Positions 30,861 to 40,691 of a stretch of 61,363 bases of DNA are shown one piece after another. A program made the position numbers and the translations under genes. The notes below the pieces were generated by a model that was given only the letters and a program-made list of their open reading frames with translations, searched no databases and was not told the DNA's origin. Source of the stretch: Pseudomonadota bacterium (GTDB taxonomy: Bacteria > Oederibacteriota > Muellerivitia > Muellerivitales > Muellerivitaceae); assembly GCA_021324075.1 (NCBI GenBank), contig JAJPJW010000211.1, forward strand, positions 1 to 61,363, read 5' to 3'. The stretch's first letter is position 1. The number at the start of each line of letters is the position of its first letter.

Positions 30861-31629
30861 AAAAAAGAGCGACGCGAGCCGAATTGAAGTCGCCCTAGAA
30901 AAATCCAGGCTTGACCAGCTCAAGCAATTCTCAAAAAAGCTTCAAGTTCCACTAGGTGATGGCCAGCTTTTGAACGAAGCGCTCACTCACAAGTCCTATA
31001 CCCACGAACGGAAGATGAACCCCAGTTACAACAATGAGAAATTGGAGTTTTTGGGGGATTCGGTTTTAGGGCTTGTCATCAGCCAGCATGTGTTTGAAAC
31101 CTATCCGGGAGTGACGGAAGGCGGCCTTTCCAAGGTCAAAAGCGTGGTTGTCAGCGCCCAGGTTTTAAGCGAGAAGGCGGCTGGTTTTGGCCTGGGTGAC
31201 TTCATCCTTCTGGGGAAGGGTGAGGAAAAGTCCGGCGGGCGGGTCCGGACCTCCCTCCTGGCGGATGCCCTGGAAGCTGTCATCGGGGCTGTTTACCTTG
31301 TGGGTGGGCTTTCGGAGGCGCGAAAATTGGTCCTGAGTCTGTTGAAAGACGACGTCGGCAAGGTTTTTTCGGGCCGGATCGAAAAAGACCACAAAACACT
31401 TCTCCAAGAATATTTTCAAAAGACCCAAAAGACCGCCCCCCGTTACGAGGTTGTCAGGGAGTGGGGACCGGATCACAATCGAAATTTTGAAGCGGCATGC
31501 ATCATTGGCGGAAAGACACTGGCTACCGGAACGGGGAAAAATAAAAAGGAAGCGGAACAACTGGCCGCACAGGAAGCCATCCGAAAGCTTAAAATCCAGG
31601 TCTCCACGCCCAGCGACCACAAAATTTAA
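30826..31629 (+). CDS. rnc: Ribonuclease III
   Basis: [28 protein letters not shown], dsRBD (KTLLQE...KKEAEQLAA); exact start uncertain, overlaps fabF. Confidence 0.95.
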   Translation: MSLSLFKNLIPKKKSDASRIEVALEKSRLDQLKQFSKKLQVPLGDGQLLNEALTHKSYTHERKMNPSYNNEKLEFLGDSVLGLVISQHVFETYPGVTEGGLSKVKSVVVSAQVLSEKAAGFGLGDFILLGKGEEKSGGRVRTSLLADALEAVIGAVYLVGGLSEARKLVLSLLKDDVGKVFSGRIEKDHKTLLQEYFQKTQKTAPRYEVVREWGPDHNRNFEAACIIGGKTLATGTGKNKKEAEQLAAQEAIRKLKIQVSTPSDHKI

Positions 31630-31639
31630 GGGAATACCA

Positions 31640-31894
31640 ATGTCTAAAGGAGCAGGAGTGACCCTTTTGATGATTCTTCTGGGGGGGATCCTGGGAGGAT
31701 ATGTCGGCGAACTACTGGGCCTGGTGGTTCCATCGGGCTTCCTTCACGACCTTTTTATGAAAGGTTTTTCCCTGGGCTTTGATTCACCGATCATTCTTGA
31801 TCTTCGGGTGATTGTTTTGACATTCGGTTTTAAAATCTTCCTCAATCTTTTCGGCGTGGTTGGAATGATCGCCGGACTTTATTACTCCAAATAA
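31640..31894 (+). CDS. DUF4321-like small membrane protein
   Basis: LLGGILGGYVGELL...LDLRVIVLTFGFKIFLNLFGVVG pattern; adjacent to maf. Confidence 0.75.
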   Translation: MSKGAGVTLLMILLGGILGGYVGELLGLVVPSGFLHDLFMKGFSLGFDSPIILDLRVIVLTFGFKIFLNLFGVVGMIAGLYYSK

Positions 31895-31896
31895 CC

Positions 31897-32490
31897 TTGA
31901 AGGCCCGACCTAAGTTGGTTTTAGCTTCGCAATCGCCCCGCCGCAAAGCAATCCTCGGTTTGACGGGTATCCCATTTAAGGTTGTAACACCCAAAGACGT
32001 CATTGAAACTCCCCACCCCGGAGAAACCCCTTCCCAGTTGGTCCGTCGGCTTGCCCTCGAAAAAGCCAAGGCCGTGGCGCGGTTTATGCCCGGCTCCCTG
32101 GTTTTGGGGGCGGATACGGTCGTGGTTTGGCGGGGAAGAATATTTGGAAAACCTAAAAATCGCCCGGAGGCTCTTCAAATGATAAAGCGCCTCCAGGGCG
32201 GGTCTCATTTTGTATGGACGGGTGTGGCGCTGGTTGGGAAAGGCACGGATGTTATCGACGCCCACGTAGAAAAGACCGAGGTTTTCTTGAGGAAATTATC
32301 AGTCCAAGAACTGGACACCTATCTTTCAACGCCGGAACCCTATGACAAGGCGGGTGGTTACGCCATCCAAGGAACGGCCGGCAAATGGATTGAAAAATGG
32401 GAAGGGGATTATTTTAACGTCATGGGCCTTCCACTGGGGTGGGTGCTTGAAGAAGCTGACCGGCACCTTAGCCGTTCAGGAAAGTTTTGA
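31897..32490 (+). CDS. maf: Maf family nucleoside triphosphate pyrophosphatase
   Basis: LVLASQSPRR, GADTVV, GKP, DKAGGYAIQG, NVMGLP. Confidence 0.94.
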   Translation: MKARPKLVLASQSPRRKAILGLTGIPFKVVTPKDVIETPHPGETPSQLVRRLALEKAKAVARFMPGSLVLGADTVVVWRGRIFGKPKNRPEALQMIKRLQGGSHFVWTGVALVGKGTDVIDAHVEKTEVFLRKLSVQELDTYLSTPEPYDKAGGYAIQGTAGKWIEKWEGDYFNVMGLPLGWVLEEADRHLSRSGKF

Positions 32491-33931
32491 CCCCCATTTT
32501 TTTGCGCTGTGAACCCAGGAAATCTTGAAGCCATGTTTGTTGCCGTTCATAATTCATTCGTTGGGTCATTTCGGCCCTTTCCTGGTCGGAGGGAGCCTTC
32601 GAATGGCCCCTTTCATGTGCATCGATAATTTGGAAGAAATACTCCTTTTGATGGATCGAAAGGGGGCCTTTCCATTCCTGGGGATAAAGCCCCGCCAGTT
32701 CGGTGGCGGCATCCTTTGAGTCTGCAACATGGGGAACACCCGTATTCCGATCGAACCAATCGGTGACGGTCAGGGCAAGTCCCAGGTCCTTGGCGGCTTT
32801 TTCCAAAGAGTCTTTTTCCTTCAACTTGCCCGCAAGTTGCTCCGCGATGGCGGCCATTTTTTCGGTGGCCTTCTGCTTGCGGTATTGCTCCTCGACCTTG
32901 GCTCGGACTTCCTCAAACGAGCTTTTGTAAGCGCTTTGGTAATCCTCGATTTGGGCGATGTCATAACCATTTTGGAGTTTGAATGGTTTTGTGACTTCGC
33001 CTTTTTTCAGGCCGAAAATGTTGTCTTCCATGTCCTTGGGAAGAGTTCCGCGATCAATCCAGCCGATTTCACCTCCCAGCTTTTTTGTCTGCTCGTCCTG
33101 GGAATATTTTTGGGCGAGATCCTGAAACTTGGCCTTGCCCGAAAGGACCTGTTGCCGGTAATCGCCCAAGTTTTTTTGGACCGCTTCGGGGTTTTGGAAT
33201 CCTTCGTTTTGGGCCGGTGCTAGGAAAATATGGCGGATTTTCACCTTTTCGGGATGGTCGTATTGGCTCCGGGTGTTTTCATAAAATTCTTTTAACGCAT
33301 CCTCGGTTGGCTTGACGCTTTTTTCATAGGTGGATTCGTCCAGCACAATAAATGCGGCCTTTATGTCGCGGTTCAATAGGGAGATATAGTTGTCCAACTC
33401 CCCGGGTGTAAAAAGAATGCCGTCCAAAAGAACGGAACGGATTTTTCCTACGAGGAGATCGCGTCGCTGGGAATCCTCGAACTGTTGGATGGTCATTTGG
33501 TTCATTTGGAGGACTTGAGCATATTTTTCCTTGTCAAAATTCCCATTTTTATCCATGAAATAGGGTTGGCGGCGAATATTGGCGGCCAATTCCTCGTCGG
33601 AAACGGTGATGTTCAGTTTATTGGCGGTTGATTGCAAAATCAGATTGTCCACCAAGCTATCCAATACCTGTCCCTGAAGGCGCTGGGACTCTTCGCTGGT
33701 TGGCCCTTCGGGTTCGGCTGCGTAGATTTTTTCAACCAAGGGTTGATAGGCCTTGTTAAATTCTTCCCGGGTAATCCCGTTATCCCCGACTTTGGCCACG
33801 AGGTTGGGATCATTTTTGCCCCCGGCCGTATATTTCATGCCGAACACGAAGAAGATACTTCCGACGAATACGGCAACCAGAAACCAAAGTACGACATGCA
33901 TGGTTTTTTTGTCTCGCAATGTGCGCATCAT
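32468..33931 (-). CDS. PpiD/SurA-like membrane-anchored chaperone / parvulin PPIase
   Basis: MMRTLR + TM helix, SurA-N (VAKVGD..IT), parvulin (RHIF...FQDLAQKYSQD..GGEIGW); GGAGG SD. Confidence 0.88.
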   Translation of the reverse strand: MMRTLRDKKTMHVVLWFLVAVFVGSIFFVFGMKYTAGGKNDPNLVAKVGDNGITREEFNKAYQPLVEKIYAAEPEGPTSEESQRLQGQVLDSLVDNLILQSTANKLNITVSDEELAANIRRQPYFMDKNGNFDKEKYAQVLQMNQMTIQQFEDSQRRDLLVGKIRSVLLDGILFTPGELDNYISLLNRDIKAAFIVLDESTYEKSVKPTEDALKEFYENTRSQYDHPEKVKIRHIFLAPAQNEGFQNPEAVQKNLGDYRQQVLSGKAKFQDLAQKYSQDEQTKKLGGEIGWIDRGTLPKDMEDNIFGLKKGEVTKPFKLQNGYDIAQIEDYQSAYKSSFEEVRAKVEEQYRKQKATEKMAAIAEQLAGKLKEKDSLEKAAKDLGLALTVTDWFDRNTGVPHVADSKDAATELAGLYPQEWKGPLSIHQKEYFFQIIDAHERGHSKAPSDQERAEMTQRMNYERQQTWLQDFLGSQRKKMGVKTFLNG

Positions 33932-34001
33932 GGAAGGCCTCCAGAGTTTGGGGTTCCCATGGGAGGGAACGAAATCGCTGAGCTTTGAGTAAAACCCGCG
34001 C

Positions 34002-34029
34002 ATTATAACAAGGTCTTTCATGTGAACAA
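34002..34029 (-). promoter_or_regulatory. Extended -10 promoter of PpiD-like gene
   Basis: TGTTATAAT on minus strand with TTGTTC 16 nt upstream. Confidence 0.5.
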
Positions 34030-34116
34030 TCCCAACTTGGCTCAAAACAACTGTTTAGTCGGATGGAATTCATTTCGAACCCGAGGTGGATAGCCGGCAG
34101 CTTGGATTTGGCGGAA

Positions 34117-34147
34117 TTGACAGTAAAGGCGGTCCACATGGTATAAT
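34117..34147 (+). promoter_or_regulatory. Sigma70 promoter of PorV-OmpA envelope cluster
   Basis: TTGACA-N19-TATAAT with extended -10 TGn. Confidence 0.65.
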
Positions 34148-34175
34148 CGTTAAACCTTTAGACCCTCAAGGCCCC

Positions 34176-35930
34176 ATGCGATTCGAGTTCCTGAAATTTA
34201 AGTTCTTGGCCCTTTTAGTGGTCGGTTTTTCTTTTCTCTTGTCCCCCTCTTTTTCCCATTCCGACAGCGTCAGCACAACCGGCGTTCAGTTTTTGGAAAT
34301 ACCCGCCGGGGTGCGCGGAGCGGGTATGGGTGGAATGTTCACGGCTGTAGCGGACGATGTTAGCACGATGTATTGGAATACCGCCGGCTTGGCCCAACTG
34401 GACCACATCGAACTGAACCTCCTGCATGTCGTTTACTTCGCTGATACAAATTATGAGTTCTTGGGAGCGGCGCTGCCGATTCAATCCGGAAGCACGCTGG
34501 GGTTGAGCGCGGCGTTTGATTTTGTGCCTAGTTTCAATTCGACGAACAACCCCTCCGCCGTCCCTGGAAGCGCCAACGATTTGGCCATTGCCCTTGGTTA
34601 CGGCCAGACCTTTGGGGACAATTTTGCCCTTGGTATTGGGGGCAAGTTCATCTCCAGCAACCTCGTCACTTATTCCGCTATTGGAGAGGCCGTGGATGCG
34701 GGCCTTTTGCTCTATACGCAGAACAAGGACCTGACCTTGGGGTTATCGGTCCAAAACGTGGGGCAAATTTCGAACTTTTCCGATTATTCTTCCCAGGAAA
34801 AACTCCCGATGGTCTATCGAGCGGGGTTGACTTACCGTTTTCAGCAACCGGGGCCGATTCATTTCCTGGCGGGCGTGGACCTGCAAAAGCCGATCGATAA
34901 CGACGCGGTCGTGCAAACGGGCGGCGAAGTTTGGTGGGGCGACAAATCTTTCGCGGTTGCACTCCGAGGTGGATACAGTTTAAACCCCTTGAATCAGGAT
35001 TTGGGAAGCGGTGTTGGGGCCTCCGTGGGGGCGGGTGTTCGAGTATCGGATTTTGAATTAAATTACGCCTTGGTGCCTTTTGGGGTTTTGGGAGACACCC
35101 AACGGTTTTCCCTGACCTACCGGTTTGGTTTTGATGAGGGCGAAAGCCATCAGCAAGACCAAACGAAAAAAACATCGGCGGTGGAAATCAAACCCCAAAT
35201 CGCTGATTATCAAACGGGGACATTAAAACAGGCGACTTTTGACATCAAACCCCAGGCCCGGACTGATATCAAGAACTGGACTTTGGAGATTACCGATCCC
35301 AAGGGCAATGTATTAAGAAGCTACAGCGGAAAGGGCGTTCCGCCCCGCCAGATTGCATGGGATGGAAAGGATAACAACGGCAACGTGGTCGCCGGAGGAA
35401 TATTTGCTAATTACAACCTGAGAACCGTGGACGTCCGCGGCCAACAGGTTGTGGCAAGCGATCCCATTTTTAAAGTTGCAAAAGTTTCGGCTAAGGAAGC
35501 CCCCTTGCTGGCTTCGGTGTCCATGGAACCACGGGTTTTTGCAGCTCCATCTATTCCTGAATCAATCCAACCGGTTGGAATGTCGGGCGCCATGAAAGTG
35601 CCAAGCATTTCCTTCGATGAGAAAAGTTCAAGGCTCACCCCGGAATTCGAAAATTACCTTGATCAAGTTGCCCGCCTCATCCGTCGGTATCCGAATTGCA
35701 GGGTTTATATCGAGGGCCATTCTTACGATGAAGGAACGGAGCAGCAAGCTCTTCTACTTTCTCAGAATCGGGCCGACCGGGTTTTAAGGTATTTGGTAGA
35801 AAAGGGAAGAGTTTCACCGGATAATCTCTACTCGCGCGGCCATGGCGCTTCGACTCCGATGGATACGGGTGATACGGAGGAGGCCCGTGGTAAAAACCGA
35901 CGAGTTGATATCATCATTATCACGAAATAA
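34176..35930 (+). CDS. PorV/PorQ (FadL-like) barrel fused to FlgD-Ig-like and OmpA-like domains
   Basis: Signal peptide; FLEIPAGVRGAGMGG.FTAVADDVSTMYWNTAGL; barrel end LGDTQRFSLTYRF; WDGKDNNGNVV; OmpA C domain (IEGHS...LSQNRA...NRRVDI). Confidence 0.8.
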   Translation: MRFEFLKFKFLALLVVGFSFLLSPSFSHSDSVSTTGVQFLEIPAGVRGAGMGGMFTAVADDVSTMYWNTAGLAQLDHIELNLLHVVYFADTNYEFLGAALPIQSGSTLGLSAAFDFVPSFNSTNNPSAVPGSANDLAIALGYGQTFGDNFALGIGGKFISSNLVTYSAIGEAVDAGLLLYTQNKDLTLGLSVQNVGQISNFSDYSSQEKLPMVYRAGLTYRFQQPGPIHFLAGVDLQKPIDNDAVVQTGGEVWWGDKSFAVALRGGYSLNPLNQDLGSGVGASVGAGVRVSDFELNYALVPFGVLGDTQRFSLTYRFGFDEGESHQQDQTKKTSAVEIKPQIADYQTGTLKQATFDIKPQARTDIKNWTLEITDPKGNVLRSYSGKGVPPRQIAWDGKDNNGNVVAGGIFANYNLRTVDVRGQQVVASDPIFKVAKVSAKEAPLLASVSMEPRVFAAPSIPESIQPVGMSGAMKVPSISFDEKSSRLTPEFENYLDQVARLIRRYPNCRVYIEGHSYDEGTEQQALLLSQNRADRVLRYLVEKGRVSPDNLYSRGHGASTPMDTGDTEEARGKNRRVDIIIITK

Positions 35931-35953
35931 TTCGAGGAAAGGTTTTCAGCGAA

Positions 35954-37171
35954 TTGCTTAAGCCCATTTCCGTCTTTTTCCCAATGACTGCCCTTCTTTG
36001 CCTGGCTTTTTTAGGCGGTTGCCAATACCTGGGTGGATCCATTGAAACGGCTGCTGATTTGGACAAAGACGGCAAAAGCAGCCAGGCTATCCAAGCCTAC
36101 GAAAGTTATTTGACCCACCATCCTTCCTCTACTCTTACGGCCCGAATCGAATACCGGATTGCCAAAAATTATGAAATTCAATCGGATTATATGCATGCCA
36201 TCCAGTCCTATGAAAAAGTCGTGCAAGACTTTCCCCGGACCGATGAGGAATTGCACGCCCTATTGGATCTGGCGACACTTTATAGAGACAAACTCAAGAA
36301 TCCCACCAAAGCCATGGATTACAACCAAAAAGCCTACGATCGTTACATGGAAAATGTCCAAATCCGTGACGCAATCCAGTCATTGATCGATGCACAATAT
36401 TCCACCGCGACAGCGATGTATGTCGGGAAGAATTACAAAAATGCCGGGGAGACGCTTAACAACGTTTATAAGACCTTTCCTTTGATTTTCATCCAGGCCG
36501 ACACCAGGGCCAAAATCGATTCGTTGGCAGACCGTGCTCGGCGCGCGCAAGACATCGCCGCTGCCAGCGTCGATTGGATCGTCCTGAAGAACGAACTGCC
36601 GTTTAATAAAAGCTTTGAGGGGGATTTTGCTCCGGCACAAGATGAACAAGTGATGCAATCCCCCGATGGCGGTTTTTTAGCTGAAAGAAAGCGTGCGTCG
36701 AACGGGACGTTCTATCTTTTCGTTGCAAAAGTTTCCGACAAAAGCGACGATGCCGTTTTTCACCCGCTGACCCAAAGCTTTGGGGCGGAAATGCCGGCCT
36801 GGACCTTGGATGGGCGATATTTGGTTTATTGGCAAACGGTTGGAAAAACACGGAAACTGCAAAAAACGGATATCAGGACTAAAATCACCCAAACGCTTTT
36901 TAGTTCCCGCAGCAACTACCTCGGAATTCATCCCGCCTACCACCCGGCAGGGAACAAGATCGCCTATGTGTATGCCGGAAGGGTTTGTTTGGTTAACACG
37001 GATGGGGCGGGCTATAAACAGTTGTTGAAAACGAGCCAAATGCTTGACTATACTGCCGAATTGTCATGGTCATCCGACGGAACCATGATCCGGTACCGTC
37101 AGGTGAACAAACACAAGAAACCCAATGATGAATTGTTGGTTTTGGATGTTTCGGCCCCCAATAATCCGTGA
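35954..37171 (+). CDS. Lipoprotein with TPR region and C-terminal TolB/PD40-like beta-propeller
   Basis: LGGC lipobox; TPR-like helices (AIQSYEKVVQDFP); SPDG, PAWTLDG, HPAGNKIAY, WSSDG repeats. Confidence 0.72.
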   Translation: MLKPISVFFPMTALLCLAFLGGCQYLGGSIETAADLDKDGKSSQAIQAYESYLTHHPSSTLTARIEYRIAKNYEIQSDYMHAIQSYEKVVQDFPRTDEELHALLDLATLYRDKLKNPTKAMDYNQKAYDRYMENVQIRDAIQSLIDAQYSTATAMYVGKNYKNAGETLNNVYKTFPLIFIQADTRAKIDSLADRARRAQDIAAASVDWIVLKNELPFNKSFEGDFAPAQDEQVMQSPDGGFLAERKRASNGTFYLFVAKVSDKSDDAVFHPLTQSFGAEMPAWTLDGRYLVYWQTVGKTRKLQKTDIRTKITQTLFSSRSNYLGIHPAYHPAGNKIAYVYAGRVCLVNTDGAGYKQLLKTSQMLDYTAELSWSSDGTMIRYRQVNKHKKPNDELLVLDVSAPNNP

Positions 37172-37178
37172 ATTCAAA

Positions 37179-38975
37179 GTGAAGAGGCGCCTTGTGAACA
37201 CCCTGGTTCGCTTTTTTTTGCTTTCTTTTTTTGCGCTTAGCCCTCTTCGGGCATTCGCCCAGGAAGGGAATGAATCCATTTACCTTCAGGCCATCAAGGC
37301 GGATCCCAACAACGAAACGGCCCATCTGAACCTCGGAATCATCTACCTCAACTCCCAAAAATTTGACCAAGCGGTGCCTGAATTTCAAAAATGCATCCAA
37401 TTGAAACCTTCTGATTCGCAGGCCAAGGAACTCTTGGAACTTTGTTTGGGGATGACAGCCCTCAGTAAGGGCGACTATTCGAGTGGAATGGAGCATTTCC
37501 AGAATGTTCTCAAGGTTAATCCGGATAATAAGGATGCGAAGCGCTTGTTGGTTCAGTGCCAAGCCAAAGTTTACCTTGATGAAAAGAAATATTCCCAAGC
37601 AGTAACGGCCTTAAATCAAATAGTCCAAGACGATCCCAAAAATTACTTCGCCTATAAAAACCTGGGTTTTATCTATTTCCAGGAAAAGGACTATAAAAAA
37701 TCCGTGGACTGTTGGGAACATGCGGTCAAACTGCAGCAAGATTCCCAGATATATCAAGCTCTCGGCTTTTCTTTTTATAACTTGGGTGATTTCAGTAATG
37801 CGATTGAGAATTATAAGAAATCTATCCAATTGGAAACCGCCAAGGATCCCAAGGATCAGGATGCAAATGCATTGGATCAGACTTATTACAATTTGGGCGT
37901 TGCCTATCTGGACAATGCCTCTTACGACGAAGCCGCCGATGCGTTTGGAAATGCGTTCAAGGTAAATCCAAAGGATTCCAATGCGGCGGTGAACCAAGCC
38001 AATGCCATCCAGGGCGCCATAGACACCCATTTGAAAAACGCAGCCAATTTCATGTTGAACAGCCAGTACAGCGATGCCATATCGGAAGCGAACAAGGTCC
38101 TGAAACAAGACCCCAATAACAAGCAGGCCCAGGGGTTTATCCAAGATGCCCAAGCCAAAATGGGAGTTGAAGTGGATAAACATTACGCCGCGGGTAAGGG
38201 TTATCTAAAAAAAGGGAACAGCATCCAGGCGCTGAATGAGTGGAATTTGGCCCTCACCATGGATCCCAGCAACCAAAAGATCCAGAATGCGATCAAAACA
38301 TTAAAGGTGAACAGAAATTCACGGGTCAAGGCTTTGATTGCTGAAGGGGATCAGTATTACCAGGCTGAGGATTATTCCAACGCGCTTGTCAGTTACAACA
38401 AAGCCAAGGAAATCGACCCCCATAGTTCGCTGGTGAAATCCAAGTTGAAGAAACTGCTGACCAAGCAGAGTAGTGAAGTGGACGGTGTCTACAGAAATGC
38501 CATGAAGGCTTACTCCAAGGGAGACCTGAAAAGTGCCGGGAAATATATCTCTCTTGCCAAGGAGTTGTCACCGTCGGATGAAAAAATCGGCAACGCCTTC
38601 TTCAAAATCCAAAAAGATATAACGGTTAAAATAAAAAGCCTGGACGCTGACGGGGTTTCGCTTTTCAATAGCGGGGACAAAGAAAAGGCAAAGGCCAAAT
38701 TCCAGGAGGTCCTGAAGCTTAAATCGAGCGATGAAACGGCCAATGATTATGTCAAGCAGATGACGGGTCAACAATCCCAGGAAAAAGTGGACGCGGAAAA
38801 AGTGAAAAGCCTCTACTATGAGGGAGTGAATTTATACATTAATGGGAAGATCCATGAAGCCATTGAAAAGTGGGATGAATGCCTGAAACTCGACCCCAAC
38901 AACAGCAATGCCCAAAGCAATAAAAATAAGGCCATGGTAAAGCTACAATCCATTGAAAAACTGAGCCATAATTAA
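37179..38975 (+). CDS. Exported multi-TPR protein
   Basis: Signal peptide ending AFA-Q; many TPRs (AHLNLG, AYKNLG, YYNLG, DP.N turns). Confidence 0.85.
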   Translation: MKRRLVNTLVRFFLLSFFALSPLRAFAQEGNESIYLQAIKADPNNETAHLNLGIIYLNSQKFDQAVPEFQKCIQLKPSDSQAKELLELCLGMTALSKGDYSSGMEHFQNVLKVNPDNKDAKRLLVQCQAKVYLDEKKYSQAVTALNQIVQDDPKNYFAYKNLGFIYFQEKDYKKSVDCWEHAVKLQQDSQIYQALGFSFYNLGDFSNAIENYKKSIQLETAKDPKDQDANALDQTYYNLGVAYLDNASYDEAADAFGNAFKVNPKDSNAAVNQANAIQGAIDTHLKNAANFMLNSQYSDAISEANKVLKQDPNNKQAQGFIQDAQAKMGVEVDKHYAAGKGYLKKGNSIQALNEWNLALTMDPSNQKIQNAIKTLKVNRNSRVKALIAEGDQYYQAEDYSNALVSYNKAKEIDPHSSLVKSKLKKLLTKQSSEVDGVYRNAMKAYSKGDLKSAGKYISLAKELSPSDEKIGNAFFKIQKDITVKIKSLDADGVSLFNSGDKEKAKAKFQEVLKLKSSDETANDYVKQMTGQQSQEKVDAEKVKSLYYEGVNLYINGKIHEAIEKWDECLKLDPNNSNAQSNKNKAMVKLQSIEKLSHN

Positions 38976-39041
38976 CGTCAATCTTGGGAATGATTGTTTG
39001 ATGAAATTTTGAAAAAGTTTCTATGTTTCCGGTTTTTTTAA

Positions 39042-39118
<77 letters not shown>

Positions 39119-39139
39119 TTTTTAAAAATCCTCTGCTTT

Positions 39140-40642
39140 TTGATTTACCAAGCCGCGTTGTTCTTTCCGCTGCCCCTGGTTCTTTACGCCCAAGTAACCA
39201 CCGATTTCCAAAGGCCTTTTGACCAGGGCCGGGTTATTGAGCTTCCAGGTACTTCGGAATATCAGGGCGATCTCCAGCAAGAAATTGAATGGGAATCTGA
39301 TTTTCCCCGCGTTCACACCCTGGAAGGGATCCTCAATCAAGAAATTGGTTGGGTTCCAACGTCCACGGGAACTGACAGTGCATCGGCTCAAGCTTTGTTT
39401 GAGGGTATCCCCTATCCTTTCCCTTCTTCCAATTTATTGACTTGGGTGCCAGCCTTCCGAAATTTTGAACTGCTTAATTTTCCGGCTTCGGGATGGTGGG
39501 GACCCTCTTCCGCCGTGGGTGCGGTTCAAATCCGCTTACCGGACGAAACAAATGTCTCAAGATCCACCTTTGGGGGGTGGGGCGGTTCCGGCGGAGTCTG
39601 GGGGGGCGAAGGCGACTATGAGAATCCGGACTTTTCCATGGAGGGGTCTTTTCAACACGGTTCGCCAAATTCTTTCGCCTCGACCGATGCGCTTAATATT
39701 CTCTTTGGTTCGAACTTAACAACCAATGATTCCTTAAAAATAAAAACAGGATTCTTGGGGGCTGAGTGGTTTGGCGGCGACAATTGGTATTCCTGGTTCG
39801 GGAGTCTGAAATGGGAAAGCGCCAATTTCCAATCCCTTGAGTTTAAGCCTTTTGTTCAATCCGCCGAACTGAACGGGGTGACCGTTCAAGAGGTTGGCAG
39901 TGACCTCAATTATCACTTCACCATGGGCGGATTGGTGGAGAGCCAGTTGGGATTTGGCTTAAGCCATGATGATTTCTCAGTGGGAGCGGAATCTCTCAAC
40001 AAGGGATATGTCCAAAACCTTGAAATTATAAATGTGTTGGACGACTTCAAGTTGAATATGGCTTTTCGAATGGATTTTTCCAGCACTATGGAGGGTATGT
40101 TCAGCACCACACTGGGCTCCCAATACCGGCTTGGAGATTTTTCAATCATTGGGAGTTATTCAAAGTCGGTCGAGCCGTTATCGCTAACCGATGTAATACA
40201 CGGAGATTTGGGGATCCTGTATCAACCCACGGATTCTTTTTTGGCGGCATTCCGAGTTCTAACCGAAATGTTTGAAAACAGTTGGTGGACGGGTGGCCGG
40301 GCTAAAATCGAATACGACCTTAGCGGTAATGTCCTTGGTTTGCTCCGGGAACTTAAATTTCGAGTTGAAAATCAATTCTTGGAAAGCTCCTCCGGCGGCA
40401 CGCTACTGGATACCGCTGGAAGGGTTGAGTGGAGCTTTGACCAACCTCTGACATTTTGGTTTGAAGCGCGTGGATTTTCAGAACGGAATTTCTATACGGA
40501 CGGCGGCATTGACTGCCTTATCACAAGACAAACAAAAATTTATGCTTCCATTGTGAACATCGGGAATTATCCCGCTTTTTGGCCGGATTCGACGACCCCC
40601 GAAGGACGGATCGCCTGGTTGGGGATAGAAACCGGCTTTTAA
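39140..40642 (+). CDS. Putative outer-membrane beta-barrel, remotely TonB-dependent-receptor-like
   Basis: Hydrophobic N-terminus, plug-like FELLNFPASGWWGPSSAVGAVQI, alternating beta-strand pattern, C-terminal GRIAWLGIETGF; start uncertain (TTG 39140). Confidence 0.55.
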   Translation: MIYQAALFFPLPLVLYAQVTTDFQRPFDQGRVIELPGTSEYQGDLQQEIEWESDFPRVHTLEGILNQEIGWVPTSTGTDSASAQALFEGIPYPFPSSNLLTWVPAFRNFELLNFPASGWWGPSSAVGAVQIRLPDETNVSRSTFGGWGGSGGVWGGEGDYENPDFSMEGSFQHGSPNSFASTDALNILFGSNLTTNDSLKIKTGFLGAEWFGGDNWYSWFGSLKWESANFQSLEFKPFVQSAELNGVTVQEVGSDLNYHFTMGGLVESQLGFGLSHDDFSVGAESLNKGYVQNLEIINVLDDFKLNMAFRMDFSSTMEGMFSTTLGSQYRLGDFSIIGSYSKSVEPLSLTDVIHGDLGILYQPTDSFLAAFRVLTEMFENSWWTGGRAKIEYDLSGNVLGLLRELKFRVENQFLESSSGGTLLDTAGRVEWSFDQPLTFWFEARGFSERNFYTDGGIDCLITRQTKIYASIVNIGNYPAFWPDSTTPEGRIAWLGIETGF

Positions 40643-40691
40643 GGGAAGCATTTCTTGACCCCTTTGCAAAGGCCATGTTAGGTTGCTTGTT

